Shown in pieces: positions 17,900 to 29,183 of a stretch of 64,000 nt of DNA. The notes under the pieces were generated by a model. The model was not told the DNA's origin. It searched no databases and worked only from the letters and a program-made list of their open reading frames with translations. Numbering within the stretch: position 1 is the stretch's first letter; the number at the start of each line of letters is the position of its first letter. The translations under genes were made by a program, and so were the position numbers. The stretch lies in the sequence record PP968062.1. One strand, 5' to 3'.

Positions 17900-18388
17900 T
17901 TACAAATTTGCTTCCCAGGGCGACAGTTCTGGTCGACCCTTGCCAAGCTCATGCAGTTGTTTCCTAACTGCAAAACGCGCTCGACTATACCATAGGTACA
18001 CATTTTCAGGCATAAACGTCGACAATTCTTTCGCTAGAATAATCGCATGACGTTGTGCCATGAAGTTATCTTGCTCAAACAAACAGTCGATTACACGCTT
18101 GGTTACGTCAGTGTTACGATGCCAATGGCGAAGCTCACGAGAGATGATATCGTAGTTACGGTTGTCACCGATACTCTCTATCAAATACGTTACGAACTCT
18201 CTACCGAACCCAGACTGGATGTCAGTCAAGAAGTCAATCAGAGCGATAGACTCCTTCATCTTACTGGGATTAAACAGCTTACGTTTAGGATCACAGCGTT
18301 GCAGTCTAAACCACATTGCTTGTGTACCTTCACGATGAACTGGATGTACTTGACGAAATCCCCACCACGTCTTAATTAAACCGATCAT
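17900..18388 (-). CDS. hypothetical protein
   Basis: 162 aa, GAGG SD. Confidence 0.65.
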   Translation of the reverse strand: MIGLIKTWWGFRQVHPVHREGTQAMWFRLQRCDPKRKLFNPSKMKESIALIDFLTDIQSGFGREFVTYLIESIGDNRNYDIISRELRHWHRNTDVTKRVIDCLFEQDNFMAQRHAIILAKELSTFMPENVYLWYSRARFAVRKQLHELGKGRPELSPWEANL

Positions 18389-18402
18389 CAGGACCTCACG
18401 GA

Positions 18403-18428
18403 ATAAAGCCCTCCCTGAAGGGAGAGCT
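18403..18428 (-). terminator. intrinsic terminator
   Basis: GC hairpin followed by CTTTAT. Confidence 0.65.
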
Positions 18429-18432
18429 ATTC

Positions 18433-18642
18433 TTATTTGGAAGCACGGGCAAGGTTGTAGTCCGCATGGAAGTTAGCGTCAGCCAGCTTCCACTCAAACG
18501 TACGATCTACGGGTTTGCTATAGAAGCCAGCACGCCGAGCTTTTGCTTGCACGATAGGATCAACTACATGGACACGGGCAATGAAGAGTATCACCCAAAA
18601 TATCCGTTTAGCTATTACCTTAACCAATCGCAGCTTGTTCAT
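18433..18642 (-). CDS. small membrane hypothetical protein
   Basis: Hydrophobic IFWVILFIA segment; GAGG SD. Confidence 0.55.
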   Translation of the reverse strand: MNKLRLVKVIAKRIFWVILFIARVHVVDPIVQAKARRAGFYSKPVDRTFEWKLADANFHADYNLARASK

Positions 18643-18673
18643 TGTTAGGACCTCGATCGACGACGGAATAAGA

Positions 18674-18928
18674 TTACCGCAGCGCTTTCAACGCTTGCTG
18701 GTGTTCCCATACCATGGTCCGGTATTCGAGTTCCAGATCCAGGCGATCATCATTGGAAATAGATACGCCTTCAACGTAGCCCACGACTTTGTTCTTGCGA
18801 ACAGTCAGGCCCCACTGATCGATACGGTTCAGGAAGGCTTTAACATCTTTACGATGCTGTTCTTCCAGGTTGGCGATACGGATTGCATTGATGTGGTTAC
18901 GGAACCAGGTGACGAGTTTGGCAAACAT
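18674..18928 (-). CDS. hypothetical protein
   Basis: 84 aa, GGAG SD. Confidence 0.55.
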   Translation of the reverse strand: MFAKLVTWFRNHINAIRIANLEEQHRKDVKAFLNRIDQWGLTVRKNKVVGYVEGVSISNDDRLDLELEYRTMVWEHQQALKALR

Positions 18929-18945
18929 TGGAGTCTCCTCGGGAA

Positions 18946-21535
<2,590 letters not shown>

Positions 21536-21565
21536 AAAAGAAATCTCCAGAGATTATACATTTTG

Positions 21566-21590
21566 ATAATGTAGATCTAAGAAAAAATAA
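21566..21590 (-). promoter_or_regulatory. putative early promoter
   Basis: Minus strand TTATTTTTTCTTAGATCTACATTAT. Confidence 0.6.
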
Positions 21591-21602
21591 AAAGAAAGCG
21601 AA

Positions 21603-21627
21603 TGCTCCTACCCGAAGGTAGGAGCAA
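21603..21627 (-). terminator. intrinsic terminator
   Basis: TGCTCCTACC-TTCG-GGTAGGAGCA followed by a T-rich tail. Confidence 0.85.
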
Positions 21628-21633
21628 TATGCC

Positions 21634-22095
21634 TTAGCGCTTGACGCGGAACTTGGAGTCGTAGAGTGCTTGGAACTCTTTGATCTTTTCCCGTTGGGTC
21701 GGAGTCTCAGTCGCGTTGCTGAAGAACTCGTCAGCGAATTCTTTCTTCTTGCGAACTTCACAACCGAACAGTTCCAGACCGATCATGTCCAACTGGTTCT
21801 TGAAATGACCCAGTTCACTCATGCCGGTTTGATCCGGCTTGGAGACTTCCTTCACGCCAGCAGGCTTGATGCGGTAGTCTTGTACTTCAGCGTAACGGAT
21901 ATCCTTGGAAGGAACCGGACGAGGACCAGCTTTCTTTTTCTTCACTCGCTTGGGGATCACCGGCATGGGAAGATCCGTTTTCGGAGCCTTCGCCGGTTCG
22001 ACCTTTTGTTTTTCTTGCTTGGGTGCCGGTACAGTTGCGATCGGACCCTGAGCCGCGATGAGGTCTTTGAGCGAGTTGAATTTTACGCGTGCCAT
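21634..22095 (-). CDS. highly charged hypothetical protein
   Basis: 153 aa, Lys/Pro-rich, GGAG SD. Confidence 0.7.
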   Translation of the reverse strand: MARVKFNSLKDLIAAQGPIATVPAPKQEKQKVEPAKAPKTDLPMPVIPKRVKKKKAGPRPVPSKDIRYAEVQDYRIKPAGVKEVSKPDQTGMSELGHFKNQLDMIGLELFGCEVRKKKEFADEFFSNATETPTQREKIKEFQALYDSKFRVKR

Positions 22096-22133
22096 GCTTG
22101 TATTCTCCTATTGGTGGTTTGTAATTCACATTT

Positions 22134-22150
22134 GTAATATAGCCTTTAAA
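22134..22150 (-). promoter_or_regulatory. putative promoter (CTATATTAC)
   Basis: Minus strand AAGGCTATATTAC in the intergenic gap. Confidence 0.5.
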
Positions 22151-22184
22151 AGGCTTTAAATGTAAACCTAACCACCTCGACAAG

Positions 22185-22829
22185 TTATACCCGTGGCAGA
22201 ATAACCTTATCTGCCTGTTTCATGTACTTACCACCACGATCAGCATAGGACGTTTCACAGTCTTGGTCGAGATCATGGAATACCAACTGCAACACGCCTT
22301 CATGCGCATAGAACACGTTAGGACGGTTAGTTGTATTCTGGAACTCAAACGTGATGTGTCCTTCCCAACCCGGTTCGATCGGAGTGCACAGGCAATTCCA
22401 GCCGGCGCGAGCGATGGTTGATTTACCGATACACATTGCGATTACATTCCGAGGCATACGGACGTACTCTTTCGAGTGAGTCAGCAGGAATCCGCCCGGA
22501 GGAACCACAACCTTGTCACCGTAAACAGTGTCGAACAGATCTGGACTGATGTTCTTGTAATCCAGTACAGGATGTTCAAGTTCTTTACCTGTTACCCAAG
22601 CTTTAAAACGTTGCCAGAAAGTGAACTTAGGTAGAGGCTTGAATACTTTAAACTCAGTACCTGCACGAAGATCATAACCACCAGAAGACAGTCCATAGGA
22701 AGCGATACGCTTACCTTGACTATCTTCCTTTACGGACATACCGTGGAAAGGTTCGATCATGGGACCATGAGCACCAACCATTGCGCCTTCGCAATATTCA
22801 CGGATTGTTTTATCAGAAAGAACGGTCAT
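22185..22829 (-). CDS. dcd: dCTP deaminase
   Basis: VLSDKTI, SYGLSSGGYDLR, GKSTIARAG, TPIEPGWEGHITFE, YADRGGKY. Confidence 0.95.
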   Translation of the reverse strand: MTVLSDKTIREYCEGAMVGAHGPMIEPFHGMSVKEDSQGKRIASYGLSSGGYDLRAGTEFKVFKPLPKFTFWQRFKAWVTGKELEHPVLDYKNISPDLFDTVYGDKVVVPPGGFLLTHSKEYVRMPRNVIAMCIGKSTIARAGWNCLCTPIEPGWEGHITFEFQNTTNRPNVFYAHEGVLQLVFHDLDQDCETSYADRGGKYMKQADKVILPRV

Positions 22830-22875
22830 TTTAATTTACCTGTTGGAGACGTACACTATTAGCGTGGTCAGTAAA

Positions 22876-23454
22876 TCAACACTCGACCAGAGTCTCTTCG
22901 TCTGATTTATCGGTCAGACTTGCGACATATTGCTTCAGAGCAGCTGCACGATCTTGCTCTTGTTTACGCAGGTCATACGGACCATTTTCTTTTACCATGT
23001 ATTCACGGAATTGCATTACGCCTTGAACATAACCTTCCGGGAGAACAGTAGTCAGACTATCGGCAGTTACTTTACGGGTGCGAATAGCCTTACCAGTTTC
23101 AAGAACATGGTGGATACGAATTAGCTGACGGTTGGTGTCAATACGTTCCGATACACACGGGAAGTAAACGGGATCTTCACCCTGCTTACTATTACCCATG
23201 TCCACTTCAGCGTATAATGTCTTACCATGATTAGCTTCAAAGAAAGCACGGGCTTCCTTGATGCGAATGGTGCGGAGCTTTTCACCTTCGCGTACCAGCT
23301 TTTGATGAGCTGGTTGCAGATGAGGGTTCATCTTTCGAACATGACGACGAATCAAACGGGTATCGTAACGAGAAGAAGCGTTAGCCATAGCAACAAGATT
23401 GTTATATGCTTCGATGGACATGATAACTTGTTGCGGATCATTATTGCGCTGCAT
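22876..23454 (-). CDS. hypothetical protein (paralog of 24632..25108)
   Basis: Start moved to 23454 (GGAG SD). Confidence 0.65.
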   Translation of the reverse strand: MQRNNDPQQVIMSIEAYNNLVAMANASSRYDTRLIRRHVRKMNPHLQPAHQKLVREGEKLRTIRIKEARAFFEANHGKTLYAEVDMGNSKQGEDPVYFPCVSERIDTNRQLIRIHHVLETGKAIRTRKVTADSLTTVLPEGYVQGVMQFREYMVKENGPYDLRKQEQDRAAALKQYVASLTDKSDEETLVEC

Positions 23455-23755
23455 GGGAATCTCCGTTAGTGGTAAAGTAATGTTTCTTAAGGTGGTCCGG
23501 ATTAAACTCTGCTTTACGGAATTCATATTTCTCAGCGAGTTTAATGATTGGATTTTCATCTCCTTTCATTGACAGTTTGAGTTTCCGACGAACCCAATCC
23601 TCAGATGCTTTAATTGTCACGGCTTTTCTCCAATTGATAGGTGGGAGCTCTCTTTCCAAAGATACTTCTCCGGCAAACGAAGCATCCACAACGAGTGCCC
23701 GTCGGTTCCGACCCATCGCACGAAAGAGCTTGTTGCAGCAGACGTTCATAACCAC
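23441..23755 (-). CDS. hypothetical protein
   Basis: 104 aa, GGAGG-like SD. Confidence 0.55.
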   Translation of the reverse strand: MVMNVCCNKLFRAMGRNRRALVVDASFAGEVSLERELPPINWRKAVTIKASEDWVRRKLKLSMKGDENPIIKLAEKYEFRKAEFNPDHLKKHYFTTNGDSHAAQ

Positions 23756-24032
23756 CTTCTATGTCATTACCCATTAAGGCTTCTTCAGCCAGGACTAGTT
23801 CGATATTGGCAAGCATCATCTGGTCATCCATTGGACGACGATGGTTGTCATGCCACTGGACCGGAGCTTTAGCCGAGTCCAGGATCTCTTTGATCTTACC
23901 CAGTGAATAGGTTTCACCAGTGTTTCGATGAAGTTGCTTGTGGAACTCAAGCGGATCGATAGGGGAGTGTTTGAATATAACTCCTTTAATCGAAGTCAAG
24001 GAGTCGGGGATCTTTTGGGTGATGGATTGCAT
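23610..24032 (-). CDS. hypothetical protein
   Basis: 140-aa ORF; a long overlap with 23441..23755 makes its 3' part uncertain. Confidence 0.45.
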   Translation of the reverse strand: MQSITQKIPDSLTSIKGVIFKHSPIDPLEFHKQLHRNTGETYSLGKIKEILDSAKAPVQWHDNHRRPMDDQMMLANIELVLAEEALMGNDIEGGYERLLQQALSCDGSEPTGTRCGCFVCRRSIFGKRAPTYQLEKSRDN

Positions 24033-24624
24033 GCCAGTTAATCTCTTCGTAGGGATAGTCCAATTCGTAACGATCTAAGAATTGGATTACCCATTCCAGA
24101 ACGTCATCGTAGTAGAGGTTCTTACGAATAGGAACATTCGCATTAACACTCAAACGAACAGCTGTGTTGGTGCCACCATTTACAATCTCGTTCTCACGCT
24201 TACCTTTCGGTTCAGCGTAATAGAAGATACCAGAAACCAACTCAGCCAGGGTGTGTCCATGGATCTGGAAAACATTTCGAGTATGGAGCGCTTTACCGTA
24301 GTCATCTAACCCAGCAAAGCTACCACGAGCCAACGCGGCCATGCTAGCCGCTGTAGTCCACGTATCAGTGAACTGTGATGCATCTATAAAGAAGTCATTG
24401 TCACGGATACGATAGAAGCTACTACCTCTACCACTAGCAAGGTATATACGGGCCCCTACCTCGCTATAGGAGCGAGATTGCCTCGCCCCGTACCAACCAG
24501 CCCTGTCTGAATCGAACGCATCGCCAGAGCTTATAGCCCAGCCATAATCGGTTAGAGTACGGCCAAGCCTGATCATTACTTCCAGCACCCATTCAGGAAC
24601 CTTTCGTGACCCAACGATAGCCAT
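23986..24624 (-). CDS. SLOG/DprA-like nucleotide-binding protein
   Basis: AIVGSRK, ISSGDAFDSD, TRNVFQI and GGTNTA resemble the SLOG GSR / SGGAxGxD / RN / GGT motifs. Start at 24624 (GAGG SD). Confidence 0.7.
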   Translation of the reverse strand: MAIVGSRKVPEWVLEVMIRLGRTLTDYGWAISSGDAFDSDRAGWYGARQSRSYSEVGARIYLASGRGSSFYRIRDNDFFIDASQFTDTWTTAASMAALARGSFAGLDDYGKALHTRNVFQIHGHTLAELVSGIFYYAEPKGKRENEIVNGGTNTAVRLSVNANVPIRKNLYYDDVLEWVIQFLDRYELDYPYEEINWHAIHHPKDPRLLDFD

Positions 24625-24631
24625 GTATCCT

Positions 24632-25108
24632 CTAGCCTGCATAACGACTCCTAGAAGGATCCCAGTTGATGGCTGCCAGTTCTTGAGGAGTCCAGGTATC
24701 TTTAGGCTTGGTAATCGAGAGGAGATCTAGTGTAACGTTGCGTTCTCCAACACGTGTTCCCAATTCCTTAACACGGATCTTAGTACGATCATCCAGATAA
24801 ACCGAAAGGACCTTAACTGGGATAACCACGTATTCGTCATAACGAAGATAGGCTACCTGACCACCGTGCAACCCAACGAATTGTTTGACGGCTTGTTTCT
24901 CACGAGCATATTCACGACGAGCTTCCGCTACTTCACGCATGTGTTTATCACGCAACCAGGTATTACGCTTACGTGCATGTTTGTAGAGAGAATCAGCCTT
25001 ATCTGGACAACCAGCTTCCTCAGTGCCGATACGAGCATAAGCGAGGAGTTCCTCAAATGCGTTCGTACTCAGCACAACGATTGATTCGTCTTTGTTCTTG
25101 TCGGTCAT
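24632..25108 (-). CDS. hypothetical protein (paralog of 22876..23454)
   Basis: VVLSTNAFEELLAYA is similar to VIMSIEAYNNLVAMA. Confidence 0.65.
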   Translation of the reverse strand: MTDKNKDESIVVLSTNAFEELLAYARIGTEEAGCPDKADSLYKHARKRNTWLRDKHMREVAEARREYAREKQAVKQFVGLHGGQVAYLRYDEYVVIPVKVLSVYLDDRTKIRVKELGTRVGERNVTLDLLSITKPKDTWTPQELAAINWDPSRSRYAG

Positions 25109-25111
25109 TTT

Positions 25112-25849
25112 TTAATGCCTCGGGATTCTATAGTAGTCAGGACCTGCTTGGTTATAGACGTAGTGATTGTGGTCTTTATCGTTAGGACCAGGGAATCGTT
25201 CCTGTGGATTACGATACGGGATCAATGCACGTCTTGCTGTGGCAAATACAGTTTCCTTGTGACGAGCTTTGTATTCACTGAGAACACGGGTCATGGTAAT
25301 ACAGGGCTTACATAACCCGCAGTGTTTATCACCAACCGGTGTCTCACATATCCAGATGTCGTTCAGTACTCTCTTATCCAACTCACGAAGGATATCGACT
25401 TTGTTCATACCGAGAAGAGGGAACTCAACTGGGATAGGGTCGTTAACACAGGCCACCTTTTGCAGATTGTACCAGGCGTCTTCGATGTAGCGTAGGTGGG
25501 ATCCGAAGTATGCACCGTCGTCAGCCACATAGCCGATTACGAGCTTACTATGTCTCGCTGAATCAGCAATAGCTAACGCACCAAACAACCAGGGTGCAAC
25601 TTGACCCCACTTGGTGTTATCACCTGTAAGCTGCGTACTCTTCAAACGTTCATATTGAGCTTGAACTTTATGCGGATAGAACCCAGCAAACTTCTCAAGG
25701 ATCACTTGACGCTGCTTAAGTTCTTGTGTCATCTTTTCTTCTTGTTGACCAGCATTGATGTACATGACATCCACCGGACCTTCTTGAAGAAGCTGTTGGA
25801 GCATGTAGGTGGAATCCAAACCACCAGAAAAGAGAATCAATGGGTTCAT
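25112..25849 (-). CDS. QueC-like PP-loop ATPase
   Basis: LILFSGGLDSTY PP-loop and C-terminal WICE...HCGLCKPC Zn motif. Confidence 0.8.
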   Translation of the reverse strand: MNPLILFSGGLDSTYMLQQLLQEGPVDVMYINAGQQEEKMTQELKQRQVILEKFAGFYPHKVQAQYERLKSTQLTGDNTKWGQVAPWLFGALAIADSARHSKLVIGYVADDGAYFGSHLRYIEDAWYNLQKVACVNDPIPVEFPLLGMNKVDILRELDKRVLNDIWICETPVGDKHCGLCKPCITMTRVLSEYKARHKETVFATARRALIPYRNPQERFPGPNDKDHNHYVYNQAGPDYYRIPRH

Positions 25850-25860
25850 CGCTATTTCCA

Positions 25861-25893
25861 AAAAAGAAATAAAAAAGGGAGCCGAAGCTCCCC
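25861..25893 (-). terminator. intrinsic terminator
   Basis: GGGAGC-TTCG-GCTCCC followed by TTTTTTATTTCTTTTT. Confidence 0.8.
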
Positions 25894-25900
25894 GTTTTAG

Positions 25901-26062
25901 TTACAGCTTGTTTACTTCTTTTCGAACACCGGCTTTAGCCTGTGCACGTTCGATCCGATGGCACTTCACCTTTGCCCATTTGCAGGAAGTGAAGTAACGC
26001 ATTGGACGACGGCTCCAGAACTCTTTGGTCCATTGGTGTTTCGAATGATTGCTACGCGACAT
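25901..26062 (-). CDS. small very basic protein, 53 aa (not in the ORF track)
   Basis: MSRSNHSKHQWTKEFWSRRPMRYFTSCKWAKVKCHRIERAQAKAGVRKEVNKL; perfect AGGAGG SD; terminator right after the stop. Confidence 0.7.
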   Translation of the reverse strand: MSRSNHSKHQWTKEFWSRRPMRYFTSCKWAKVKCHRIERAQAKAGVRKEVNKL

Positions 26063-26133
26063 GAGAGTGCCTCCTTTGGCTCTACGTTAATAAAGCCAGG
26101 AAACACTTGGTTGTAAACAGGCATGTTAAGACC

Positions 26134-26559
26134 TCATTGCTTTTTAATTACGATCGATTGAATACAGTGAGATTCATCAAAGAAATTCCCACTCCAGTTC
26201 ATACGGTACTCGAATCCATCTGGCAGCTGATCGATATGCAAGAACTTGGATGCCTTAGCGGCCAGAATCTTAGCAGCCATGGTTATAGCAAAACCATAAC
26301 CTGCACCTTCATTGTTCACTGCTTCAAGGAACAGGAAGTCACCTGCACGTTTGAAGTCGATCTTGAGCTCATCGCCCATCTCATTCATGACCGGACTATC
26401 ATTGTGCATGATAGTCCACTGACCATTCCGTTCTTCGAGATGGACGAACATGTCACCTTTGCCACGACCGATGTTTTTGAGCACTACATCTTTAAGCTCA
26501 ATATCCAAGCCATTGAGGGTGACAGTAACGAGTTGCTTTTGTTGCTTCTTCTTTGCCAT
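26134..26559 (-). CDS. hypothetical protein
   Basis: 141 aa, GGAG SD. Confidence 0.7.
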   Translation of the reverse strand: MAKKKQQKQLVTVTLNGLDIELKDVVLKNIGRGKGDMFVHLEERNGQWTIMHNDSPVMNEMGDELKIDFKRAGDFLFLEAVNNEGAGYGFAITMAAKILAAKASKFLHIDQLPDGFEYRMNWSGNFFDESHCIQSIVIKKQ

Positions 26560-26873
26560 TAGTAATATCTCCGAGCGCGGATCGGAAGAGTCCCTTCAAG
26601 GTAGCGACGTTGGAATGAACCGCCTCTAACTGTGATGTCGTTCTTCCTTTGTACAGACAAATGGAAAGGTCGATGTCCGTGTGCAGAACACTTAGAGCTG
26701 TATCGACGAATCCAAGGAGCCTTTCTTTTTGACTGGCACTCAAGCCGATATCTAAGGCCACAGGTTTCATAGAGTAGATCATGGAGTACACCTACCAGAG
26801 CATCACGAAGTTCGAGGGTTTTGTGATTATACGATTTCACTACTTGCAAGAGATCAATCGTTTCAGTCAACAT
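26559..26873 (-). CDS. hypothetical protein
   Basis: Coupled by 1-nt overlaps on both sides. Confidence 0.5.
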   Translation of the reverse strand: MLTETIDLLQVVKSYNHKTLELRDALVGVLHDLLYETCGLRYRLECQSKRKAPWIRRYSSKCSAHGHRPFHLSVQRKNDITVRGGSFQRRYLEGTLPIRARRYY

Positions 26874-27337
26874 TAATACAGTCCTTCTGAGAACAATTCA
26901 TCACGAGTGCAGTGTTCAGGGAAACGAAGTTGACCAGTCTTCTTGACTTGCTCCAGTGCATCAGAGCGAGTCCAGAATACACCGTACTGATCGATGAAGC
27001 CTTGTTCGTAATCATCGCCTGCATACGCTCTGAGTGCGTCCATACCGATCAAATCGATTTGGGCATTCATGGATGCACAGTAATGACGAGAACCCGTTAC
27101 AATGTAATCTTTGTAACGGTTAGCTGCACAGACGATGTAACGAGTCTTGTTGTACTTATCCCAACGCCAACCCGTAAAACCATCTTCATCGTTCTCAATC
27201 CAGCAACGTTCGTTAATGGTTTCCTTATGTTTGCGTACAGCTGCTTCGATGATCTTGAGACGAATCTCAATTGGTACGATCGCCAGGGTGGCTTTTACCT
27301 CGCCCCATGCGCATTCGAATTCATCACTGTGTGCCAT
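26873..27337 (-). CDS. conserved phage hypothetical protein
   Basis: IVCAANR...GSRH...QGFIDQYGVFWTR.DA...LFSEGLY pattern typical of a widespread phage family. Confidence 0.7.
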   Translation of the reverse strand: MAHSDEFECAWGEVKATLAIVPIEIRLKIIEAAVRKHKETINERCWIENDEDGFTGWRWDKYNKTRYIVCAANRYKDYIVTGSRHYCASMNAQIDLIGMDALRAYAGDDYEQGFIDQYGVFWTRSDALEQVKKTGQLRFPEHCTRDELFSEGLY

Positions 27338-27630
27338 TAGGACTTAACCTTCAGAATGATTCGCCATTGATACTCATTGTGACCGATCTGTTGGTTAGAC
27401 AGTTCGACCATATCCCAGCCAGCTTTTTCAAGTTCAGCGGATAGCTTCCGACGCTCGTCCGCTCTTTCGGGAGCCTGACCAGCCATCATGAAAATATAGC
27501 GATCGCCGTTGAAAGCTTCTCTCACGGTTCTATCACAGCGAAGCTTCATGGAGAGTTCCATCGAAAACGATGTGTACGCGGCGGATTCTTTGCTGGTTAC
27601 TGCTTCTACTTCTTTTGCGCTACGAAACAT
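27337..27630 (-). CDS. hypothetical protein (paralog family with 28795 and 29597)
   Basis: KLSAELEKAGW motif. Confidence 0.65.
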   Translation of the reverse strand: MFRSAKEVEAVTSKESAAYTSFSMELSMKLRCDRTVREAFNGDRYIFMMAGQAPERADERRKLSAELEKAGWDMVELSNQQIGHNEYQWRIILKVKS

Positions 27631-27639
27631 ATTTGCTCC

Positions 27640-28740
27640 TTAGAAACCAATACGGTTTGCTTTACGGGGAGAACTAGCTGCATCAGTGTTCAATGCTTCA
27701 GCCAGAGTGAAGTTATTACCAACGAAATCCACAGGCTCAAGACCGTTAGCAATACGAGCATCGTTTGCTTGTTCAGCCGTAAGGGTCTTAAAGGTGAGGA
27801 TATCGAAAGCACGTCCAGGACGAACCAGAGCCTCGTCAACATCACGAAGAGTTGGGAGGTTAGTAGAGATGATGATCTTGGTTTTGGTAGACACAAGACC
27901 AGCAGTCGCATTCAACAGACCTGCCATATTACTGTTACCATCCTCGCGCTTGGCAACCATCTTATCAGAGTCTTCAGTAATAATCAGCGAGTTATCCTCG
28001 ACACCACGAATAAAGCTGGTGAGATCACCATGACTCAGTACGGAGTCTTGGTCAGCCAGATAGACGTTGCGATCTTCATAACCACGAGCACGGACCATCT
28101 CGTTGATGAAGTTCGACTTACCAGTACCAGGCGGACCAATCAACAGAAGTACGTTGGCCTCAGATGCTGCAAACTCAGCCCAGGTTTCAGCCGGAGAACG
28201 ATCCAGGAACGGATACATATCCATCAGCTTCTCGTTGTAATCACGAGTAGCGATTACTTCACTCCATGCATAGAGTTCGTCTTTCTGGCGATTCAACCGG
28301 ATACGCTTGATGCTTGGCGGTTTGGTCTGATCGAATACCGATTCGAACATCTCTTTAAACTTGGTAGAGAAGTCTTCAGTAGAGTAGATAGAGAAACCAT
28401 GGCAGGTCGCTTCCTCCATACCCTCGATAAGGAAACCGAGAATACCTTCGTCGTCCAACAACGCCCAACCACCACTGATACCAAATGCATGGAGATTGAA
28501 CTTGGCGATGACCTTGTCCTTAATCTCCCGTATGCGTTCTTTGATGTACACTTCACGATCTACACCGAACGTGTAATAGATGCGAAGTTTCTCACTGGCT
28601 GATTCCAGACCTTGTTCGTTAAGAGTGAAATGGTAAGCGCTGTAACGGTTACCTGCCTGGATTGCCTTCATGCACAGATGAGTATAACGCTCAATCCAAT
28701 ATTGCTGGTTAGGATTAAGTTTAGGGCCACGATAAGACAT
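27640..28740 (-). CDS. AAA+ ATPase
   Basis: Walker A GPPGTGKS, Walker B IITEDSD, sensor IISTN, Arg finger ALVRPGR. Confidence 0.88.
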   Translation of the reverse strand: MSYRGPKLNPNQQYWIERYTHLCMKAIQAGNRYSAYHFTLNEQGLESASEKLRIYYTFGVDREVYIKERIREIKDKVIAKFNLHAFGISGGWALLDDEGILGFLIEGMEEATCHGFSIYSTEDFSTKFKEMFESVFDQTKPPSIKRIRLNRQKDELYAWSEVIATRDYNEKLMDMYPFLDRSPAETWAEFAASEANVLLLIGPPGTGKSNFINEMVRARGYEDRNVYLADQDSVLSHGDLTSFIRGVEDNSLIITEDSDKMVAKREDGNSNMAGLLNATAGLVSTKTKIIISTNLPTLRDVDEALVRPGRAFDILTFKTLTAEQANDARIANGLEPVDFVGNNFTLAEALNTDAASSPRKANRIGF

Positions 28741-28766
28741 TTGATTTTCCTTTTAATGAGAGATGG

Positions 28767-28788
28767 CATAAAGCTCCCCGAAGGGAGC
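28767..28788 (-). terminator. intrinsic terminator
   Basis: GCTCCC-TTCG-GGGAGC followed by TTTATG. Confidence 0.8.
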
Positions 28789-28794
28789 AGTATG

Positions 28795-29154
28795 TTAGTC
28801 AGGTTTCTTAGCGACTACTAGACGAGACCACTTTGTAGAGGAGTTACCTTCACCTTCAACATTGAAGATTCGGTCCTGGCTATTAGGTGGCATGCGACCA
28901 GTAATACTACTGAGGTCTTTAATAATGAAACCAGCTTCGCCCAGATCTTTAATAAGTTTGGTGATTACGTCGGAATCAGTAATGTGACCCATTACGTGGA
29001 ACTGGAAAGTACTACGACCGTTAACCAGTCGATGACCAGCCTTTACCTTATTGGAATCGGCCATGTCTGCTTCAAGAGCAGCTATAACACCTGCGGAGTC
29101 GACATCATCGGCTTTGACGATATCAACCAGGTCCTCAAACTTAGGGAATGCCAT
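28795..29154 (-). CDS. hypothetical protein (paralog family)
   Basis: KLIKDLGEAGF...KWSRLVV. Confidence 0.65.
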   Translation of the reverse strand: MAFPKFEDLVDIVKADDVDSAGVIAALEADMADSNKVKAGHRLVNGRSTFQFHVMGHITDSDVITKLIKDLGEAGFIIKDLSSITGRMPPNSQDRIFNVEGEGNSSTKWSRLVVAKKPD

Positions 29155-29183
29155 AATGCACCTTCTTGTGTATAGACATATCG

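Noticed and set aside
25112-25849. 7-deazaguanine DNA modification cluster
   Set aside because: No folE, queD, queE or dpdA is visible in the window, so only the orphan QueC-like gene is reported.
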